A stretch of DNA of 64,000 bases, from positions 3,744,001 through 3,808,000 of the forward strand of contig CM000153.2 in the NCBI GenBank assembly GCA_000004695.1, in the 5' to 3' direction. Below the pieces are notes generated by a model. It did no database searches. It had not been told where the DNA came from and worked only from the letters and a program-made list of their open reading frames with translations. A program made the translations under genes and the position numbers. Positions 1 to 15,220 of this stretch are shown here, one piece after another (position 1 is the stretch's first letter; each line of letters begins with the position of its first letter). The DNA comes from Dictyostelium discoideum (Eukaryota).

Positions 1-1
1 A

Positions 2-1340
<1,339 letters not shown>

Positions 1341-1412
1341 GTATATTTTATTCTATTCTATTACATTAAATTATTTATTTAAATACTAATTTATTTATAT
1401 TAAAATTATTAG

Positions 1413-1591
1413 ATTTTTGTCCAATTTGCCAATCAGAATTTGTTAATCCATACTATTCGCCATGTAATCACACTTGTTGCTTTGAATGTTGGAATCAATG
1501 GTTGTCACTAAAACTTGAATGCCCAGTTTGCAGGGAAAGATGTCGTATTAAACAATGTAAACCCTTAACAAATCTTGATTCCCAACAATAA
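1413..1591 (+). CDS. RING-finger protein, exon 2 (C3HC4 RING-HC: CPICQSEF..CNHTCCFECW..CPVCRERC), stop TAA 1589-1591
   Basis: AG acceptor at 1411-1412; the Cys/His spacing matches a RING-HC domain. Confidence 0.65.
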
Positions 1592-1814
1592 AGAAAAATA
1601 AATAAATAAATAAATAAAATAAATATTATACAATAAAAACAAAAAACAATAATAATAAAAAAAGAATGTAATGTTTGATTGTGTATATGTATATATGTGT
1701 ACTTTATTGTAGTATGATATGAATGTGTATTTATTATTATTATTATTATTATTATTTGAAGGTGTTAATTGTGTTAATTGTGTGTCTGTGTGGTATGTAC
1801 TTCTTTAATGTTTA

Positions 1815-2030
1815 TTAATTATGTACGAATAAAGAATAATCTTTAATTTTGAATGATTTTAACATTGTTAAAAATAATTGTTCAGATTTTGATTGATCAT
1901 TTGATGGTGTTAAATTTTGAACGACCGCCACACTGCTACTTGTTGGTGCTAATGCAATAGCTTCATTAAAGGTAATTAAAAGGTCTGTTTTTGATTTTTC
2001 TAATCTAACCAATGCCATATATATATTAAT
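1815..2030 (-). CDS. Mog1/RANGRF homologue, exon 2 (..KSKTDLLITFNEAIALAP..), stop at 1815
   Basis: CACAG acceptor at 2031-2035. The phase-0 junction restores the [11 protein letters not shown]-like motif of Mog1. Confidence 0.7.
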   Translation of the reverse strand: MNIYMALVRLEKSKTDLLITFNEAIALAPTSSSVAVVQNLTPSNDQSKSEQLFLTMLKSFKIKDYSLFVHN

Positions 2031-2070
2031 CTGTGTATTATTATCATTTAAATTATTGTTTGAATATTGG

Positions 2071-2101
<31 letters not shown>

Positions 2102-2248
2102 AGTAGAAGAAGAAGAATATGTGTCAAGATGTAATCCTATTATTACTTGTTTTTTATGATGATGATGATGATGATGTTGTTGTTGTTGTTGTTGTCGTCG
2201 TTGTTGCTGTTGTCATCATAGATTATTGATAAAATAAAAAAAACCTAC

Positions 2249-2620
2249 AGTATTTTCAGCGGTTTCATTAAATTTGGCTATCTTTTGTTGTGCTAATAAA
2301 ACGTATTTTGGAATGGATGCATCAAAATTTGGCATTTCAGCTTGTGTTAATTCTCTAAAGTTTAAAATCACTGATTTATCAGTGGAGATACCTGCATCTT
2401 CAACAAGGACTTCATAGTGATGTTTGATGGCATTTGCATTTGAAATATGGTCTTGGAATTCGTTTAATTCAATGATTACACTTTGATCTGATTTCTCATC
2501 AGAGAATAATTCTTGATGATCTGGTATATGTCTATAACTTGTAACATCAATGAATCTTCTTGGTATATCAATTTCAATTGCTCCACCATATAATTGTCTT
2601 TTTTCAAAAGTTTCTGACAT
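2249..2620 (-). CDS. Mog1/RANGRF (Ran guanine-nucleotide release factor) homologue, exon 1
   Basis: RQLYGGAIEIDIPRRFIDVTSYRHIPDHQELF..DQSVIIELNEF aligns to human RANGRF (PLFGGAFSAILP..DVSDLRPVPDNQEVF..DQSLIVELLEL). GTAGGT donor (minus strand) at 2248. Confidence 0.8.
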
Positions 2621-2933
2621 TTTTTTTTTTTAATTAATTAATTTTAATTTTAATTAAATTTTAAAATGTTTTTATATTAATATTTAAATAATTATTTAAA
2701 TAATTTATTTTGTGTTTGTATCTGAAAAGATAAAAAATAAAATATAAAAAAAAAAAAAAGTAAAAATTTTAATTTATATTTTTTTTTTTTTTTATTCCCG
2801 AAAAATCTTCAAAGTGTTGAAGAAATTTTGTTTATGTAATATTTTCACGGGTTCTCAAAAAAAAAAAAATATAAAAATAATTAAAAAATAAAAATTAAAT
2901 AATTAATTTAAAAATAACAAAAAAAAAAGATAT

Positions 2934-2966
<33 letters not shown>

Positions 2967-3166
2967 CAAAAATACTTGACTATTTTGTAAACCTTAATGG
3001 GTTCTAAAATTAAGAAAATGGATATTTATTTTATTTTTGTTTTATTTTTGTTTTGTTTTATTTTATTTTATTTTTTTAAATAAAAAATTTAATTTTTTAT
3101 TTTTTTTTATTTTTTTTTTTTATTAATATTTATTATTAATTTAAATTTACATGTAATAAAATAAAA

Positions 3167-3718
3167 ATGAGTAATAAAATTAATAATTTATTTATAGAAT
3201 TATCAAAAGAATTAATTAAAGAAAAAGAAGAATTGGAAAAAGGAAAAGAGGAATTGGAAAAGGATAAATGTAAATTCATGTCAATGAGTAAAAGAATTGA
3301 ACAAATAAATGAGAGTGAACCAATTACATTATATATTGGAAGTGGTGGTAATAATAAATATATAACAAGAGTATCAGTATTAAAAAGGTTTCCAGATTCA
3401 TTCTTTGGTGTAATGTTTTCAGGTAGACATCCATTAAAAGAGTTTAATAATAAACCTAGGTCATATTTCATTGATAGGGATGGAGATTACTTTAATTTCA
3501 TTTTAAATTATCTTCGTGGTGATAAAATACTAATTCCAAAAGATAATTTCATTTTAAAAAAATTAATAATAGATTGTAAATTTTATATGTTACCAGAATT
3601 AGAAGAAAAATTTAAACAAGAATATTTAAAAATTAATTCAAATTATCATTATAATAATAATAATAATAATGGAAATAATAGTAATATTAATATAAATAGT
3701 ATTTTTAATAAAAAATGA
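3167..3718 (+). CDS. BTB/POZ (KCTD-type T1 tetramerisation domain) protein, single exon
   Basis: ITLYIGSGGNNKYITRVSVLKRFPDSFF..SYFIDRDGDYFNFILNYLRGDKILIP is a canonical K+-channel-tetramerisation-like BTB fold. Confidence 0.75.
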   Translation: MSNKINNLFIELSKELIKEKEELEKGKEELEKDKCKFMSMSKRIEQINESEPITLYIGSGGNNKYITRVSVLKRFPDSFFGVMFSGRHPLKEFNNKPRSYFIDRDGDYFNFILNYLRGDKILIPKDNFILKKLIIDCKFYMLPELEEKFKQEYLKINSNYHYNNNNNNGNNSNININSIFNKK

Positions 3719-4195
3719 TTAATTAAATTAATTAATTTCCATTTTTTTCTTTTTTTTTTTTTTTTAAAATCATTTTTTTAATTTTTTTTTTTTTAAAAAA
3801 AAAAAAACTTTCGTTTATTTATTTATAACTAATTCAAGAATATGAAAAAACGATAGAAAATTAAAATTTATTTTTTTTTTTATTTTTTTCTCAATTTTTT
3901 TTTTATTTTTTATTTTTTTTTTCCAAATTTTTTTTTTTTTTAAAAAAAATCGTTTTTTTCGTTTTTTTTTTTTTTTTTAATCTCTTTGAGAATCACAAAC
4001 AACAAATACTATTTCTTTTTTTTTTTTTTTTTTTTCATTAAGAATCCATCTTTTTTTTTTTATTAACCGCAATATAAAAATATTATCAAATAATATTTTT
4101 TTTAAAATTCCAAATTATAATAAATTTTTAATAATTAAAAAAAAAAAAAAATTTTAAAAAAAAAAAAGGGGTGGTCTCTCAACAAATTCAAATCA

Positions 4196-4256
4196 CTCCC
4201 CACCCACCCACCCGTCTTTCTATAATAACATCACCACAACCACCATATATAAAACG
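4196..4256 (+). promoter_or_regulatory. C-rich box (CTCCCCACCCACCCACCCG) plus TATATAAAA, about 50-100 bp upstream of the HEATR1 ATG
   Basis: Seen in the sequence. Resembles the C-rich/CA elements and TATA-oligo(dT) architecture of Dictyostelium promoters. Confidence 0.35.
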
Positions 4257-4301
4257 CAAAAAATAAAATAAAATTAAAAAATAATAATAAAAATTTAAAA
4301 A

Positions 4302-4759
4302 ATGACAACATCATTAGATAAACAATTATTACAAGTTAAAGAAAAGATACATTATGTAGATGTATCAAAGAAAAGAGATTCATTATTATTTGGAGCAGTT
4401 GAAGCAGCCAATATTGATTTAGATTCAGTGTTGGCAATGGGACAAGAAGGTTTAAGTGAATTGATAAATATAGATTCAAGATTTAAATGTTTTCAATTGA
4501 CATTGTTTTCCGATAATTCAAAATCATTCAATAGAGTCTTGGAGAACAAAGAAGAAAATAACAAAATTGATATTGAAATTAATAAATTTTTAGAATTACA
4601 ATCAAATTATTTCCTTTTATCTTCCGCTCATAAATCATTAGAATGGTTAATTCGTAGATATAGAATTAATGAATTCAATATAGATTCAATCATCTCCTCA
4701 ATTATACCTTATCATGAATCAAATATTTTTGCTAAATTTTTATCAATTTTAAGATTTGA
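4302..4759 (+). CDS. HEATR1/UTP10 (U3 snoRNP protein 10) homologue, exon 1
   Basis: The N-terminus (LLFG..EAANIDLDSVLAMGQEGLSEL..FLLSSAHKSLEWLIRRYRINEFNIDSIISSIIPYHESNIF) matches the HEATR1/Utp10 N-terminal domain. GTAAGT donor at 4760. Confidence 0.85.
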
Positions 4760-4851
4760 GTAAGTAAAAAAAAAAAAAAAAAAAAAAATTATATTCTTTT
4801 ATTAATTATAAAATTTTCTTTTTTTTTTTATTTTATTTTATTTTAATTTAG

Positions 4852-5131
4852 GTTTAATAAAAAATGGCAATTTTTAACAGGAGTACAAGAAAATAAAGTT
4901 TATATACCAAGAGAATATTTCATTGGTGTTGTTGGGTCACATCCATTCTTTTTAGAATTTATTTACAGTACAATTGAAAATTATGATAAAAAAGATGTCA
5001 TGTCAAAACCGTTAATCTCATTTTTTACCGCTTTTTTAATTGAACTTTTATCTGCAAATACTACATCATACATTAGAGATACTTTATCATGTTTAACAAA
5101 ATGTTTAAAGAGTAAAAATAGTGATTTACAA
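4852..5131 (+). CDS. HEATR1/UTP10 homologue, exon 2
   Basis: AG acceptor at 4850-4851 and GTAAGT donor at 5132; FNKKWQFL matches the NNSKWFFL region of HEATR1. Confidence 0.8.
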
Positions 5132-5380
5132 GTAAGTAAAATTTATCTCAAAATTAATAACCCCAAGCATATGCAAATTTATTTTTACACCTTTTTTTTT
5201 TTTCAAAAAAAAAAAAACGACCGAAAAAAAAAAAAAAAAAAAACTCAAAATTTTATTTTTTTTATTTTTTTATTTTTTTTTGAAAAAAAACCGATAATGC
5301 GTGATCTCACAAAATGTCTTATACTAACATTTTTTTATTTTTTTTATTTTTTTTTTTATTTTTTTTTTTTAATTAATTAG

Positions 5381-5580
5381 CTTTCAAGTTATATGATCCT
5401 TAGTATTATTGCTTCAAAGGTTACACTTTCAAAGGATGTAATTGAATTATTATTTAAAACTACATTGAAACATTGTACCAACAATTTTAGTCAAGCTTTC
5501 ACCTTCTTAATGGTTTTATTCCAAAAACAAAAGTTTGATTCATTACCAAATGAAACCTTAAAAACTTTAGTATCAATTCC
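5381..5580 (+). CDS. HEATR1/UTP10 homologue, exon 3
   Basis: AG acceptor at 5379-5380 and GTAAGT donor at 5581; the phases are consistent. Confidence 0.8.
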
Positions 5581-5661
5581 GTAAGTAATTAACTTTTTTT
5601 CTTTTTTTTTTTAAAAAAAAAAAAAACTAAAATCTAACATATTTTTAATTTTTTTTTAAAG

Positions 5662-5971
5662 AGCACTTTTTGAAATTTTATTAGATTTCAATTCACAAGA
5701 GAAATCATTAGATAGAGTATTATTAATTTTATTTAAATATTTATCAAAGAGTTGCATTGAATCAGCAGAAAGTTATACATTGTTAAGTCAATTAATTGAG
5801 GAGTTGGTTCCAATTTCAAATCAATACCATGTTTTAATCTTTAATACTTTAACAAAATCATATTTAGCAACTACTAAAAATTCAAGTAAAGATGAAGTTG
5901 ATGAATCAGTTATAAATATTTTAAGATCATTAAATTCTGAAGTTGTTCAAGATGAATTTAAAAAACTTTCA

Positions 5972-6010
<39 letters not shown>

Positions 6011-9000
6011 CAAAAACTAAATGAGATTATAAAATTACAAAAATCAGTACTTCAACAAAAAACAATTACAACATCATCATCAAATACTATTTTCTTAAAA
6101 TTACAAAGTAATATACCATCAGAACGTAAAGAAGGTTTAACATTATTTAAAAAGGAGTATTGTTCAAAAACAGGAAAAGAAAAAGAAGAGACAACAACTA
6201 GTACTGATTTCAATAGTATTTCAAAATCATTTTCATCAACAATTTATCAACGTTTAATTGATTCTGATGGTTCAATTGTAAAGGAAGCTTGGAATTTACC
6301 ATCATTAAATTTAATAGTTTCACCAAAAGAATTATTAAAAGCAAGTATTGAATTCTTTAAAGTTCAATCATTCTTAAATGATAAGAAATTATTAGATACA
6401 GTTTTATCAACAATAACAAGTGTAGTTGTCAATCAATCTTCAAATTCTTCTTTAACACCAGATTTTGTTTCAATTTTATTACCACAACTTTTAGATATTT
6501 CAACCACTACCACTACCACTGCCACTTCAATAATAAAGAAATTAAACAAAGATATTCATCCAATTTTTAATAATATTACATCATCAAATATAGAATCATT
6601 AATTAAATCAATTTCAACAAATTTAGATAAAGAATCAAATATTACTTTTATAAATCAAATTTCAAAATCAACTTTTTCAACTTTTAAATCTGATATTTTC
6701 ATAATATTAATTTTATTAAATTCAATAATAAGTTGTAATAATAATAATAATAATAAGAAAAATAATAATAATTTAATTTACCAAATGTTTAATATAATAG
6801 TAGAAATTTCAAAATCATATTTATCAAAAGAAGAATCAATCATAACTAATATTAATAATTTACAAGAAGTTTATAAAATAATTAATGAAAATAATAATAA
6901 TAATTTTAATTTAAAACAACAAATTAGTTTAATTTGTTCATTATTATCAATAGCGATTGATTCTTTATTTACAATTTCACCAGAACAATTTATGAAACAA
7001 CTTCAAAATTCATCGTTATCATCTTCATCAAATACAATTGAGGAGAAAATGATTAAAGAAATTCAAAATATTTGTAAATTAATATTTAATAGTAAAATTA
7101 CAAATATTGATTTAGTATTAAGAAGTATTGTAAAGAAATTCTTTGGTAATCAATTAGTATTCTTTAAATTTTTATCACAATTTTGGGAAGTCAATGAAAA
7201 TAGTGAAAATCAAGATATTACAACCATTTATCAATCACTTTGCCTTAGTGGAATTTTAGTAAACTCAAAATCATTCAATCGTTACCTTATAAATAATAAT
7301 CAAGCAGTAGCTTTAATTCCATATTTATTATTATTAAAAAATCAAGATTCCTCAATTAGATCAACTTCCCTTGATTCAATTCAAGAGATTTATAAACAAA
7401 TTAAGTCTTCATCAATTGAAGCATCATCTTCAACAACAACATCAAATAGATTAAATTTCTATACATCAAATCAACCAACTATTGAATTAAAAGTTTTAAT
7501 TAAATTCTTGGCTCAATTGGTTCAATATAAGAATGAAATTACAATGGATAAAACATTTTTGGATAGTTATTTCTCAAAAGTTTTATTCAATTCTCAAATT
7601 AGTTCAAGTTCTAAAGCTTCTTCAAGTAGTGATGATGATGATGATGATGATGACGATGTCGATCAAGATGTATCAAAAATGACTAAACAAGATATTGAAT
7701 TAATTGGTAAATTCTTAATTTCAAGTTCATTACTTATTGAATCATTATCAAGTAGATTAACAATGTTACAATCATTACAATCTATTAAAGATGATGTTAC
7801 ATTTGTTGAAGTTACCATCAACTATATTAGCCAATTATTGGAGAATGTTAAAAATGCCACTCTTACATATGATGAATCTTTAATTTTAGATATCCTCTTA
7901 AAGAGATTAGGTCAAACATCAGTACTTACAAATCCAAAAACCAAGAAACAATCATTATCATTATTCATTTCATCTTTATCAATTTCAAATGAATTAGATT
8001 TGACTATTGCTGGTGGTGGTAATGATAAACCAATTAAATATACACCATTGGTTGCCTTAATTGGTTCAATTAATAAATCATTATTATTAACTGTACCAGT
8101 TAAAGAACAAATTGGTATTGTTGAAACAGTACTTTCTTATTTCTTCTCTGAGAGTAATCAAATTAAACAATTGGCAAAGAATACTTTATTATCCGTATTA
8201 GTCGATGCAACTGTTATTTTACCAATGTTATTACCAGAGAAACAACCACAACAACAACAACAATCTACAACATCTTTACCAATTCCAAGATATAATTCAT
8301 TATTTGAATTGATTAGATTAAATTCATCAAAAATTAATGGTATTTCAATTTTAGTAACACCAATTTTATCAATTATTAAAAAGATGGAAACTAGTATTGT
8401 TGAAAATGTTGAAAAGGATGCATTGGAATATTGTAAACAATTGGCTATGGCATCACTTGGTTCAATTATTGATTGTTCCAGTGTAAAGGATGTTAAGAGT
8501 TTGGAAACTTCATTTGATATTTCAATTATAATTAAATGTGTTGAATCATCAAATAATCTTCAAACTTGTAGTAGTGCATTAATATTACTCTCAAACATGG
8601 CTTCTAAATTCCCACAAAAATTATTCAAATTTATGGAATCAATTATAAAGATGATTAAATTCGTATTGACCAATGGTGATGATAATTTCTCATTCATGAT
8701 CTTGGAGAGATTCTTAATTCAATTATTACCAAGTTTGGTCAAACAAGGTATTTCATTGGTTCAAATCTTTAAATTATTCTTGGATTCGTTCTCTTCAATT
8801 CCAAAGAAATTCCGTTTACAATTATTCAATTGTATTTGTCAATCGGTCGCTTATAAACAGTTACATATATTGTTTAGTTTAATTCTTACAAAGAAGATTC
8901 AAGATTTACGTATTATCACTAATAAATTGAAACATTTAGATAAAGATACCATAATGAGCTCTGATGAACAAATTAAAGAAGAGATCGATTATGAACAATT

Positions 9001-11437
9001 CAATGAATTCATTTCACAATTCTCTGATCAAATTCCAGTATTGGAAATGTCAACAAGTTTAGGAAGCCTTTGTCAATCTATTAATTTAATCTCAATTGAG
9101 TCTGGTAATTGTGTTGAAGCGCTATCAGAAGAGGAGGAAGAGATTTGTTCATTACTTTCACGTAATAATTCAAAGGATAATCGTTTACTTCAAGCCAATA
9201 CATTGGATTTCATTTGTGAACGTTTATCATCAAAACTTTATTTGGACAGTTTCAGTTTCGATTTAACTAGTCAACAAAAAGAACTCGTCGAAACTAAATA
9301 TCTCGGAGCATTTGAAAATCTTTTAATCCTTTTGAAAAAGACCACTGAATATAGCGAGAAAACATCAAATATCAAACTTAATGGTAGTGCCAATAGTATT
9401 AGTATTGCAAGTGGTAAGGATAAATTCATAAAGAAACTTTTATCCTCAATTAATCTTTGTATGGATCGTTATGGTCAATTACTTAGTGTCAAAGGTTTCA
9501 TTAGTACAATCACTCAATTACTTAATCATAGTGATAGTAATGTACGTCGTCGTTCATTGGTTATCTTTAATGAGAAGATTACATTGGTCAAGGATGATCT
9601 CACTCAAGACCAAGTCAATCAATTCCTCTCACTCATTGATTCGTTCACTCGTATCATCGATAGTCAAAATGAAACTGAAACCAATAAACAAACATCACTC
9701 TTGTCATTTGAAATTTTAGCACGTAATTTCTCGACTACCAATGCCACCGCTTTCCTCTCACAAATTCCAATCATCATTAAGTCCATGGGTCATAGCAGTC
9801 ATCAAGTGGTTTCCTCATCTTTGATTTGTATCGCTACACTTTGTTGTGAACTCCAAGCAAAGACCATACCATACATTCCACAGTTCTTCCCTGTCTTATT
9901 GAATACCCTCACTGGTAGCTATAAAACCAACGTTGAAGAAGAGAATGAAACTCGTACTCTCTTACAAATTAGTTGTATCAGTTCATTGGAGATGATGTTG
10001 AATACAATTTCAAAATTCCTTTCACCTTATTTACCACAATTGTTAAATGCATTACTTCATCCACGTCTCACAAGTAATAGTATGTTATCTGGTAAATTGT
10101 TTGCTCAAGTTAAACGTTTATTAAATATCTTAACAAAGAATGTAGAATTCCGTCTCTTATTACCTGCAATGTTTTCTGCTTACGAATTTGCCGTTCAATC
10201 TGAAAATGATTTATCTTTGATTTGCTTATTCGATTTCGTTGGTGATATCTCTGCAAATTTAGGTCCAAAAGATATTGCACTCCATCATAAGAGTATCTTT
10301 AAATTCTATTTACAATGCTTTGAATTCCGTAAGAAATATAAAAATCGTGTAAAGAATGCTGATAAAGTTGAAGATCATATCATTAGTTCTTTCATGACAT
10401 TAGTTATGAAATTAAATGAAAACCTTTTCAAACCATTATTTATTAAAGTTTTAGATTGGGCATTAAATATTCAAAATGGTCAACAAAATGGTAAACATAC
10501 TGATGATGATGATGAAGAAAATGGAAGTGATGATGAAGAAAGTGATGAAGATAAACCAAAGAAAAAGAAATTGGTGAATGGTAAATCAAAATCAACGAAA
10601 ACTCAACCAGAGATTTCAAAAGATAATTTATTATTCTTTTATAAAATTGTAAATTCTTTAGCATCAAACTTAAAAACTATTTTTGTACCATACTTTGGAT
10701 ACTTTTTTGATGATTCAATTCGTCAACTTCAAAATATATATAGTAATATTCCATTTTCACAACAACCACAACAACAACCACAACAACCAACTGTAAATGA
10801 TAACACCACCATCACACTTTTAAACAATAATAATAATAATAATAATAATAATATAAATAATAAGAGAAAGAAGAATCAAAATATAACGAATACAACAACC
10901 ACTAACAATAATAGTAATAATAATTTAAATAATAGTAATAATAATAATATTGATCAAGATGAATCAATTTTATGTTTTGTAATTTCAGCATTAGAGAAAT
11001 GTTTTATGTATGATACTGATGGATTTTTAGATAAACAAAAGTTTGAACAAATTTTACCAGCACTTGTTAATCAATTAGATAATCAAATGGGTACAGTTGA
11101 AAGTTATAAATTAAGAGTTTCACGTTACATCGCCCCAACCATCACTCAATTGGCTGTTGTTATCAATCAAGATCTCTTATGGAAACATTTGAATCATACA
11201 GTTTTAATGAAAACAAGATCACCTTATTCAATCGTTCGTTACTCTTCAATGGTTGTAGTTCAATCACTTCACAAGAAGATGGGTGAACAACTCTTAATCC
11301 TTTTACCAGAAACAATTCCTTTCATCTCTGAATTATTAGAAGATTCAGTTCCAGAAGTTGAACAAATAACTCAAGATGTCGTTAAAATTATTGAAACTCA
11401 TCTTGGTGCAGAAGAATCAATTTCTTCTTATTTATAA
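5662..11437 (+). CDS. HEATR1/UTP10 homologue, exon 4 (5.8-kb terminal exon with the BP28 C-terminal domain)
   Basis: AG acceptor at 5660-5661. The C-terminus (LPALVNQLDNQMG..YKLRVSRYIAPTITQLAVVINQDLLWKHLNHTVLMKTRSPYSIVRYSSMVVVQSL..LLPETIPFISELLEDSVPEVEQ) matches the HEATR1 C-terminal domain. The four exons total 6714 nt, or 2237 aa. Confidence 0.9.
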
Positions 11438-11841
11438 ATAAATAATAGTTTTAAAAAATAATAATAAAAAAAAAAAAAAGTAAAAAAAAAAATTAAATAA
11501 TTTAAAAAATAAAAAAAAAAATAAACATATAAAAAAAAGAAATAATAATCAAAAAAAAAAAAAAAATACAATTTTTAGTTTTCCACTTTTTTTTTTTTTT
11601 ATTTTTCAAGTTTTCCACCTTTTTTTATTTTTTTAAATACAGATAATAATTTTTTTATTTTTTTTATTTACAATTTATTTTTTTTATATGAAAGTTATAT
11701 TTAATGTTAATACTTTTTTTTTTTTTTTTCTTTTCTTTTTCTTATTTTTTTTTTTTTTTTTCCTCTATTTCTTTAATTAAAATTTGAAATTATTATTATT
11801 ATTATTTTAAAAAAAAAAATTATATTATTAAAAAAAGATTA

Positions 11842-12206
11842 TTATTTTTCTGGATATCTTTGTTTTAAAACTTCAACATGATCTCTAATTTGAATATTGA
11901 AAATATTCATTCTGTGTTCTTCGATATCGAGTCTAATTTTATGTAATTCATTTTGAATTTTTATAATCTCTGGGATTGGTTCATTCTCTGGTGGAATGAC
12001 TAAAGTTACCATTAGATCTGGAGTGGCAGCATGAGTTGGTGGTGGAGCACCCATGGATAAATTCTTTTTACCACCACTTTCGATGGTGATTTTAGCAATA
12101 CGAGATTGAGCAGCGATCTCTTCCTTTCTTAAATCTAAAATATATTTTACAAGGGTTTTAACTTCTTCAGTTCTTTCTTGGGAAATTAAATTTACATTGA
12201 ATACGA
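11842..12206 (-). CDS. PH-domain protein, exon 3 (C-terminal part; stop at 11842)
   Basis: TATAG acceptor at 12207-12211. The phase-1 junction is consistent, and the three exons total 855 nt (284 aa). Confidence 0.55.
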
Positions 12207-12327
12207 CTATACAAAAAATAAATTAAAAAAAAAAAAAAAAAAAACAATTAAAAAGATTTTACATATTAATATCTATCAAATTTAAAATTTCCATAATCTA
12301 TAAAATAAATAAAAAAAAATTACTTAC

Positions 12328-12787
12328 AACCATCTTTTAAGAATAATTCAATATTATGTTTAAAATCTTCTTTAGACATATTACAATCTAAAATTTGATT
12401 TAATAAAGTTTGTTTTTCAACTGGAAGAGTAAAAGTGATTTGAGTTAATTTGAGGGCCACGCATTTACAAATTTCAAAGAATCTACGGAATGGTTTAGGT
12501 TCTTCACCTTTTATTAAAAATGTTCTACCAGCTCTATGTACAATTTGGAATGTCATATCGGTATCATCTAGAATGGTCTTAACTTTTGATGGATCACATT
12601 CTCTAAGATCAATGTAACCTTGGGGCTTCTCTGGACTGGTTAATAGAGTTTTAGTTTTATAATAGATAACAAAACCTTTATAAAGAACAAATAATCTTGA
12701 CAAGAATCCCTTTTTATTACCACCTGCTTTTTTCATAACAGTAGAATAAATAACCTTATCTTTAATAGATTTATAATTTAATGCTTG
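12328..12787 (-). CDS. PH-domain protein, exon 2 (pleckstrin-homology fold: KKGFLSRLFVLYKGFVIYYKTK..GYIDLREC..FQIVHRAGRTFLIKGEEPKPFRRFFEICK)
   Basis: TAG acceptor at 12788-12790 and GTAAGT donor at 12326-12327. The sequence has a typical PH-domain pattern, and its N-terminal MRLERDE motif recalls the sesquipedalian/PHETA N-terminus. Confidence 0.65.
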
Positions 12788-12900
12788 CTATTAAAATTAA
12801 AAAAATAAAAAAAAATAAATAAATAAAAAAATTAGTAACCAAATATTTTTACATTTTTTTATTTTTATTTATTATTTTTAAAAAAAAAGTAATAACTTAC

Positions 12901-12930
12901 TAATAATAATTCATCTCTTTCAAGTCTCAT
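12901..12930 (-). CDS. PH-domain protein, exon 1 (MRLERDELLL)
   Basis: ATG at 12928-12930; GTAAGT donor (minus strand) at 12899-12900. Confidence 0.5.
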
Positions 12931-13043
12931 TTTTTTTTTTTTTTTTTAGTTTTTAATAAATAAATAAATATTATATATTGTTTGAAATATATTATTTTTT
13001 TTTTTTATGTGAATATTTTAATTTAATTAAATGATTAAATAAT

Positions 13044-13081
<38 letters not shown>

Positions 13082-13179
13082 TGTTTTTTTATTGTATTTT
13101 CAAACAAATTTATTTCAACCAATGGTTATTGCAAAAATAATAAAATTAATATTGTTTGTTTTTTTTATTTTATTTTTTT

Positions 13180-13210
<31 letters not shown>

Positions 13211-15155
13211 AAAAAAATTGAAATAAGATCCCCCAGAGATAGATTTGAGTGAATAAAAAGAAAAAGGATTACAGTGCCACAATAAATATTTTTTTTTTTT
13301 TTTTTTTTTTTTTTTGTGTGGTAAAGTGTGGGTGTGGTGAGTGGGTACTTTTTTTTTTAATTTGTTGGTATTCTATTTAAATAAATATTATGTATAAATT
13401 TATTTATGAAAGATTTTATAATAAAAAGGAGAGTGGGTGAATTTAATTGTGCTTGGGAGTTTTTTTTTTTTTTTTTTTTTTTTTTATGTGTGCTTGATTT
13501 CCACTACTATTATTTTTATTATTTACTTCCACAATTAAATATTTTTTCTTTGTAGTTAGTGTTGAATTATAATGATGTTATATGATTTTTTGTTTGCGAG
13601 AAATAAAAGTAGTAAATTAATGTGTGAATGTATGTTTTCTAATATTAAAAAAAATAAAAAAATAATAAAAATAATAAAAAATAATAAAATAAATAATTTT
13701 AAATTTTTAAAAATAAAAATAAATAAATAAATAAATAATAAATAAAAATAAATAAATAAATAATATTGTTATTGTTATTATTGCCAATTAATAATTTATA
13801 ATTTCAAAAAAAAAAAAAAAACAATTGAAGTATTTAAATACATTTTGTTTGATGGTAAATTTCATTCCATAAAAAAAAAAAAAAAAGAAAATAAAATAAA
13901 AATAAAATAAAATTATAAAAAAAAAAAAAAAAAGAAAATAATAATAATAATAATAATGGTAATAATAATAATAATAATAATTATATTAATAACCACAACC
14001 TATTTTAGCCAGTTTATATTGTTTTAGTGTGGGTTATCATATGACAGTTTTATTTTGATTTTTTTTTTTTTTTTTTTTTTTTTAATCACACACTACACAC
14101 TCACACCACCCAAATATAAAAAAAAAAATAAAAAAAAAAGAAAAACAGCTTCAAGTTGTGGGGGTAATAAATCAAAATAACCCAAAACAACAATTCAAAT
14201 ATTTGAAACTATTTACTTGCCAAGTGGCAGGCTTTAATCAATAAAAAAAATAAAATTAAGTTTTTATTTTATTTGAATTTAGTTCTAAAAGAATTCTTGA
14301 GTGGGGTATTTTGATTATTTTAGTTTATTTTTAGGATGGTAATGTTGTTGTCGAGAAAATATATATAGAAGATCTCGATGTTGAAAAAAAAAAAAAAACT
14401 ACATACACATATATTTTGATGATTGATTAGAGTGCTGTTTTTTTTGTTGTTGTTTTTTTTTGTTGTTGTTGTTAGGTAGCGATTAAGATTATGATGATGA
14501 TGATTATTATTTTTATTAATCAATTTTTAAAATAAAATTATAATGAAATATGGTGTGTGTGAAGGGGCGTGTGTATTATTTTAATAGGATGAATGTAAGT
14601 GGGTGTGAATTTTATGTGTGTGTTGTTTGAACTTAGTGTGTCATAATATCATTTTTTTTGTGGTTTGTTATTTTATAATTTTTTTTTTTTTTTTCCTCTG
14701 TTCTATTTTTAACAAAACATAAAAAAAAAAAAAAAAAAAAATCAATAAAATCACCACCCTTATTATTTTAAATCAAAAATTTAAGTATATAAATATAGAA
14801 ATTAAATATATAATAAATAAATTAAAAATAACAACACCAACTATACAAACCATACATTTTATTATTATTATTATTGTTTTTAAAATTTAATTATAAAATT
14901 AACCAAATTAATAAATCAATCGATAATCAATAAATATATAGCGCTTTTGAAATAAGATTAAAAGATAATAAAATTTAAAGGAAAAAAAAAGAATTTCATC
15001 CTTATTTCAAGTAATTTTAGTGTTTAATTTATTTTTATTTTTGATTGATTAATATCACATTTAAAATCCTTTTTTTTTTTTATTTTTATTTTTAAATTTT
15101 TTAATACTTTTCCACTTTTTTTTTTCTTTTTTTTTTTATCTTGAATCTTAATTTA

Positions 15156-15220
<65 letters not shown>

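Noticed and set aside
5000-5380. ORF 5000..5380 (126 aa)
   Set aside because: It is the HEATR1 exon-2 frame reading through the following AT-rich intron; splicing at 5131/5381 is supported by homology and phase.
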